Positions 26,584 through 31,532 of a stretch of 31,532 bases of DNA are shown here, piece after piece. The stretch is from NCBI GenBank assembly GCA_049975265.1, contig JBNGDF010000005.1, positions 82,754-114,285 of the forward strand, in the 5' to 3' direction. Under the pieces are notes generated by a model. That model did not search any database, was not told the DNA's origin, and worked only from the letters and a program-made list of their open reading frames with translations. Every line of letters begins with the position of its first letter. Position 1 is the first letter of the stretch. This DNA is from Fidelibacterota bacterium. GTDB lineage: Bacteria; Fidelibacterota; UBA2242. A program made the translations under genes and the position numbers.

Positions 26584-29099
26584 CGGTTCTGACCGGATTT
26601 TGGGGTGATTTCTGCAATTTTCCGGCGCAAAGTTGCACGATTCCGGTACAGCACGGTTCCCAGGAGAGTGAGCCAGGTCAGATACACAAAAAACGACGAC
26701 AGCCACTTACTGCTAACGTAACTTTTTGGTGCAAACCGGAACCGGATTGAGTGTTCGCCGGGGGGAATACCGATTCCTCTGAGGAGATGATTGACCTGGT
26801 AGATGCGGGTCGGTTTTCCGGCGATTGTCGCCTGCCAGCCGACGGGGTAGTAGGCTTCCGACATAACCAGAAAAGCGGAATCCTGACAAACGGCGGTCAG
26901 GTCGATCTGATTGGGCGTGTAGTTGGTAATGGACACAGTGGCATCAGTGCTAAAATACAACCGCTCCGGTTTTTCGGTAGTCAGCGCCATTTGTGAAGGA
27001 TCAAAATCCGGTTGATTGAGATATGCCACCACCGCTTTTTCATCGGGGAAAATCCTGACAACCGGGACAAACCAGGCGCGTGGCAGGCTGTGGTAATTGC
27101 GATAGAGAATCCTGCGTTTATTCTGGTCTATATTGAGAAGCGTGAGACCGTCGTATTGCAGATTCGCCGGCGAGAGAATGTATTTACCATTCAGCATGTT
27201 GACGACATTCCAGTTGACCGGCTGTTGCGGATCAGAGGTGTAGAGATTGTTATCGATAATGTCTTGGATCAGCTGCGGTTTGATCGCCGAGTAGCCGCCG
27301 ATAATCTGATAGCGGTAAGCAAGATCATTGCTCTGGAACAGGTTGCCCAATGCGAGTACCCGGAAGTAATCCGGGTCGCCTTCCAGAATTTTATCGATTT
27401 TGTCAGGCAGAAAATACTGCTGCTCGATACGATCGGTCCGGACCAGATTGGTATCTTTCATAAAACGATGACTGACCGCAATCAGATCGACTGATACCAG
27501 AATAATGATGCCGGTAATCAGCAGGTCCCGATTGATTTTACTAAAATAAAAGGTTGATAAAATTCCCACAAAAAGCACAATGAAAATCAGCATCCGGACG
27601 GTGTCCTGGACCATCATTTCCATGCGGGCGGTTTTCAGCATGTCCAGCACCTGGGGATTGGATGCGTACTGAGCATCGCCAGCGGACGTGTAGCTGAGCA
27701 TACCGGGATTCAGCAGCGGCACCAGTCCGATTAAAAAGAGGATTCCCGCGATGATCAGAAGGGTTTTATATTTTTTTAAATCAAAACCCTCAATTAGACC
27801 TTTGAGTCCGTACATGCTGAGAATAACGAGAATAAATTGAATCAGGGTGAGAATCATCATAGGTACGCGGAATTTGCTGAAATAGGGCAGGTGCCGAAAC
27901 AGGAACCGGTACAGCGGCGGAAAATGTCGCCCGAAAGCCAGCAGGATCGCAAATCCCAGCAGGATATAAAGCGCCATGACGAAGCCGTCTTTGCGATAGA
28001 ACCAGATTCCCGCCAGCGCCAGAATCACCACGATAATGCCCATGTATTCCGATGACTGTGTGAAGGGCATATGACCCCAGTAACCCGGAATCGTCCGGTT
28101 GCGCAGCTGAGGGAATTGATCGCCGGTGTAAACTTCCTGAGAGGTGCCGCCGAAAAAGCGCGGTGAAATCAGCGCCATCAGCTCTGCCGGATGCAGCGAC
28201 CAGCGGGTGGCGTAATCAAAGGTTACCCCGCCGGACTTTTCCGGTGCTTCCGCCTTTTCTGAGAGATTAATCGCATTGCCGCCGCGGGTGGAATGGGGTG
28301 TGTATTCATTGACGATGAACAGCGGCTGCGCAGCGATCAGCACGGCGACAGACATTCCGCACAGTAATATCAGGAGTCTTTTGCCGATGATTCGGTACTC
28401 TTTCGATTTTATCAGGACCACCAGTTGCCAGATGCCGATAGCCAGAAGGAACAGGAGTGTATAAAACAGAATCTGATAGTGCTTGGTACGAATTTGCAGG
28501 GAAAACGCCAGCGCAAATATTGACAGTGACAGCAGATCACCCTTTTTAATGAGGCGCAGGAAACCGTAGACCACCAGTGGCAGTGCGCACAGCGCCCGGA
28601 TTTTGTAATTGTGACCGACGATGATCAGGGCTTGGTAATGGGGGAAAAAGAGAAACATAACTGCCGCCAGCAGAGCGAAGTACCAGGGAAAACCCAGCAG
28701 ATTCAGTAAAAGAAATATTCCTGCCGCCGCCACAAGGAACCAGCCGATCCGCCAGTCGATAAGAGTATTTAGTTTGCTGATGAATGTATCGATGTGAAAC
28801 GCCCGGTTGCTTAGATTATGATAGATTGGAATACCGCAGAAGACATTTGGATTCCAGAGGGCGCGTTCGCCGCTGCTTTGGGTATATGACTGGAGCTGAT
28901 GGCTTTGACCGATACTGGCGATCCGGTCGCTGCCCACCGGCTCCAGGCGCTCAAAAACGAAAGGCTTGTAATAAATCAGGAGAAGCAGCACGATTACCAG
29001 GAATGAGAACAGGACGGCTTTTTTCGTGGTAATTTTATCAACGAAGGAGATTTCCGAATTTGTCTGGAGTTGTTTTGTTTTTGATCTCTTTTTTGACAT
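26580..29099 (-). CDS. YfhO family membrane protein (GT-C-like glycosyltransferase)
   Basis: LWNPNVFCGIP, HYQILFY, YWG.MPFT, FRVP, IGGYSAIK, LVMSEAYYP.GW and IPPGEHSIRFRFAP; many TM segments. Confidence 0.88.
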   Translation of the reverse strand: MSKKRSKTKQLQTNSEISFVDKITTKKAVLFSFLVIVLLLLIYYKPFVFERLEPVGSDRIASIGQSHQLQSYTQSSGERALWNPNVFCGIPIYHNLSNRAFHIDTFISKLNTLIDWRIGWFLVAAAGIFLLLNLLGFPWYFALLAAVMFLFFPHYQALIIVGHNYKIRALCALPLVVYGFLRLIKKGDLLSLSIFALAFSLQIRTKHYQILFYTLLFLLAIGIWQLVVLIKSKEYRIIGKRLLILLCGMSVAVLIAAQPLFIVNEYTPHSTRGGNAINLSEKAEAPEKSGGVTFDYATRWSLHPAELMALISPRFFGGTSQEVYTGDQFPQLRNRTIPGYWGHMPFTQSSEYMGIIVVILALAGIWFYRKDGFVMALYILLGFAILLAFGRHFPPLYRFLFRHLPYFSKFRVPMMILTLIQFILVILSMYGLKGLIEGFDLKKYKTLLIIAGILFLIGLVPLLNPGMLSYTSAGDAQYASNPQVLDMLKTARMEMMVQDTVRMLIFIVLFVGILSTFYFSKINRDLLITGIIILVSVDLIAVSHRFMKDTNLVRTDRIEQQYFLPDKIDKILEGDPDYFRVLALGNLFQSNDLAYRYQIIGGYSAIKPQLIQDIIDNNLYTSDPQQPVNWNVVNMLNGKYILSPANLQYDGLTLLNIDQNKRRILYRNYHSLPRAWFVPVVRIFPDEKAVVAYLNQPDFDPSQMALTTEKPERLYFSTDATVSITNYTPNQIDLTAVCQDSAFLVMSEAYYPVGWQATIAGKPTRIYQVNHLLRGIGIPPGEHSIRFRFAPKSYVSSKWLSSFFVYLTWLTLLGTVLYRNRATLRRKIAEITPKSGQNR

Positions 29100-29146
29100 T
29101 GCTGATCCCGGGTTAATGTTCGTTATTCCATCGCTCGCCTGACATT

Positions 29147-30649
29147 CTAGCGGAAATTTATCTTAGAAATATTGTTTTTCCAATTTTTCGGGTTGCGCCA
29201 TTTTTTCCAGGACTGTTTGAGACGCAGGAGCTCGATGGGTTCGTAGAAGTGGAAGAGTAACAGTAAAACCGGAAAAAAAACTATCAGGACAATCTTCGCA
29301 GGAATTGTAATTAATAATGGTAAGTCACGGAGTAGCAAAGATGTTCCGTAGATAATTAAAAAGCAGATCAAGATCAGTACGGTTTTTTTGATTTCGTATT
29401 TTTCATTGAATTTTTTAAGGATGTAAAGATTATTCATGGTAAACAGAACAATCTGAGAGATCAGAGTCGCCAGCGCGGCGCCGTAATTTCCCATAACCGG
29501 AATCAGCAGAAAGTTTAAAAGGATGTTCAACAGGGCAACGATGATCGTAAATAATAGAATAATGCGGGTTTTACGTTCCTTCATCATGACAAGAACCATT
29601 TGGCGTCGCATACCATTGACAATGATACCAAGGATCAGAACCGGAATTAAGGGATAGGACTGCCAATAATTTTCATTTCCGAGGCTAAACACCTGCAGGA
29701 TTTCTTTGGCAAAAAGTGATATAGCCAGGCTGAAAAAGGTCGTCATATAGACAAAATAGGTCAGTGTTTTTGTATATAATCGCCCCCGATCTTCTGCATT
29801 CATCGATTTAAAAAAGATATGAACGTAGGCTTGGGAAAAAGCATTGACCACTAATAGTTTGACAACATTGGAAATTCGAAAGGCAATGGAGTAGATACCC
29901 ACATTCTCAAGGGTACTGATGATATTAATGATAAATCGATCACTCAGAGCCAGAATCATGGACGAAAGATCAGAAAGAACCAGTGGCCAGGAGAATCGTA
30001 ACATTTCAAATAGCAATTTCCATTGAATTCGGAACTCGATTTGGTTGAGTACGTAGGGAATCAAAATAATCAGGACTGCTACCGAACCGATAATACGGGC
30101 GAGAAAAACCCCCTCGAGCTCCATGTTTCTGAAGATGAGAAAATACACTGTAAAGACAATAGTGAATACAAGATTTACAATATTCAGGGTGGTATTTACC
30201 AGTGCTTTTTGCTGGATCCTCTGAACCTGCATCGGCATGAAAATAAAACTTTTAAATAAGAGCGAGAGCAAGAACAGATGAAGGATATGTTGCTTTATCT
30301 CAATCTGTAAAATTTGATGTTGAAATCTGCTTAATAAAAGAAAGGTGACCAATAAAAAAAATAAGGAGGAAATCAGGTAAAAAACATAGGCAGTAAATAC
30401 CATCGCTTTTCGGTCTGTCTTATACTGTTTATCCCAATACCATCGGGATAAAGCTTTGCCGATACCAATACCGTTGACACTCAAAATGAGGTCAATAATC
30501 ATGTCAAACAGCGACAAAAGACCAAATTGAGCAATTGAAATGTTTTTCGAATAGAGCGGTAGTAAAATGACACCCGCCAGCTTGGTGGCAATATTTCCAA
30601 CACTATAAATAGCAGTATTTTTTACGATGAATTTTAACTGATTAAGCAT
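29147..30649 (-). CDS. Oligosaccharide flippase (Wzx/MATE-like polysaccharide biosynthesis protein)
   Basis: KNTAIYSVGN..LLPLY, MLRFSWPL, SDRFII, VGIYSIA and LNFLLIP..G..GAALAT; ~12-14 TM. Confidence 0.9.
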   Translation of the reverse strand: MLNQLKFIVKNTAIYSVGNIATKLAGVILLPLYSKNISIAQFGLLSLFDMIIDLILSVNGIGIGKALSRWYWDKQYKTDRKAMVFTAYVFYLISSLFFLLVTFLLLSRFQHQILQIEIKQHILHLFLLSLLFKSFIFMPMQVQRIQQKALVNTTLNIVNLVFTIVFTVYFLIFRNMELEGVFLARIIGSVAVLIILIPYVLNQIEFRIQWKLLFEMLRFSWPLVLSDLSSMILALSDRFIINIISTLENVGIYSIAFRISNVVKLLVVNAFSQAYVHIFFKSMNAEDRGRLYTKTLTYFVYMTTFFSLAISLFAKEILQVFSLGNENYWQSYPLIPVLILGIIVNGMRRQMVLVMMKERKTRIILLFTIIVALLNILLNFLLIPVMGNYGAALATLISQIVLFTMNNLYILKKFNEKYEIKKTVLILICFLIIYGTSLLLRDLPLLITIPAKIVLIVFFPVLLLLFHFYEPIELLRLKQSWKKWRNPKNWKNNISKINFR

Positions 30650-30659
30650 CAATCTTGGA

Positions 30660-31532
30660 CTAATCCAAAGCGGTCACTACTTCAGAAATCGTCATTAAAT
30701 ACTGAATATTAATATAACGACTATTATTCAGACCTCGCAGATCAAGACAACTGGGTAGATTAAGCTTGGGTAAAATGTCTTTCTGCCAATCAATGGTGGG
30801 GTCCCATATTAATTTTTGAGGTTTCGGTATTTTTAAGATTCTTTTTATTTCATTCATCAGTTTTGGATAATATTCTGTGAAATAGTTATTACTGATAATC
30901 CGAACTGTTTTTACCCCTCCTCTTTTAATTTTTATTAAATCCGGATTTCCCTTATACAGATATCTAATCTGGGCATTTTGATATAATTTTTGGTTTAGTA
31001 AAGAGCTCAGTGGTAGGTTGATGAAGAAATCCATCAATTTATAATCAAAATACGGGATCAATATTCTTTGCTTATCGGATAGAGACATGATTGAAGAACG
31101 TAGGATATACCGTCTCAGACGTTGTTCGCCGTTCCAGCGATTAAAATTGCTGATCAGGTCACTGTCCTCCGGAATAGTCTGTTTTAGGGAGTTATACAGA
31201 ATGTCCCGATATATCTGATTGTTTTCTATCAGGTGTCTGGTAATTGGAGAAGACTTGAATTTGAAAATATATTTTATGATGTCCTGCTTGTTTTTCCACT
31301 TTAGCATCTGGTACTTAATATTTTCTCCAGCCATATAGTTTGCATCGTGCCCGGGTATATAAAAATAATTATCCGTTTGATTGCACAGATACAGAAGTCT
31401 TTTGTCAATATGACCACAGACAATCTGATCATAATTGTTAAAATTGTGGTGCTGTAATTCATAAAGATAGGATTTGTTATAAAATAGAATCCGGGCTTCG
31501 ATTGTATTTTGCATATAGCGCAGAACTTTTTG
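30660..31532 (-). CDS. 5'-truncated asparagine synthase-related protein (C-terminal domain), polysaccharide locus
   Basis: Frame is open to the window edge. PGHDANYMAG resembles the GxGGD motif, and EQRLRRYI...IPYFDYKLMDFFINLP...NQKLY resembles the R.PFLD..L motif. AT-rich. Confidence 0.6.
   Translation of the reverse strand, partial: QKVLRYMQNTIEARILFYNKSYLYELQHHNFNNYDQIVCGHIDKRLLYLCNQTDNYFYIPGHDANYMAGENIKYQMLKWKNKQDIIKYIFKFKSSPITRHLIENNQIYRDILYNSLKQTIPEDSDLISNFNRWNGEQRLRRYILRSSIMSLSDKQRILIPYFDYKLMDFFINLPLSSLLNQKLYQNAQIRYLYKGNPDLIKIKRGGVKTVRIISNNYFTEYYPKLMNEIKRILKIPKPQKLIWDPTIDWQKDILPKLNLPSCLDLRGLNNSRYINIQYLMTISEVVTALD

Noticed and set aside
26584..26706. Upstream ORF extensions of the kinase; likewise for lipA, folE, nth and both receivers
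   Set aside because: They overlap upstream genes or intergenic DNA, and better downstream starts exist with RBS, coupling or a domain start.
1..31532. CRISPR arrays, tRNA/rRNA, IS or integrase, defence systems
   Set aside because: No repeat-spacer periodicity, cloverleaf, or transposase, recombinase or defence-nuclease motifs were seen. Intergenic gaps are all short.

Overview
Bacterial chromosomal window, most consistent with an FCB-group organism such as Marinimicrobia, Calditrichota or KSB1. This is inferred from the T9SS type-A/FlgD-Ig-like C-terminal sorting domains (CTDs) and the gene content. The + strand (1-6183) carries four envelope or secreted-protein genes: a partial repeat protein with a CTD, an oversized lipoprotein-like glutamate racemase, a DUF2807/GIN protein and a CotH-LTD protein. 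Everything from 6187 onward is on the - strand: two stand-alone receiver domains, a YIP1-TolC-MacA-OMP-ATPase-2x permease efflux operon, the CCA enzyme, lipA/lipB/nfo, a secreted phosphodiester glycosidase, folE, nth, a TIGR01212 radical SAM, hisS, PTS EIIA, an orphan histidine kinase, YfhO, and the AT-rich end of a polysaccharide locus (flippase, asparagine-synthase-like). I found no tRNA, rRNA, CRISPR array or mobile element. The most notable observation is that two of the three CTD-bearing genes are disconnected from their otherwise intact sorting domains, one by an in-frame TGA and one by a single missing base in a G5C4 run. This could be sequencing error, decay or a secretion switch. Also notable are an exported double-length Cys-Cys racemase, a beta-barrel gene coupled inside the MacAB-TolC operon, a canonical plus pseudo-receiver pair, and a shared ECF-like promoter motif. 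The sequence alone does not establish a clearly new system.
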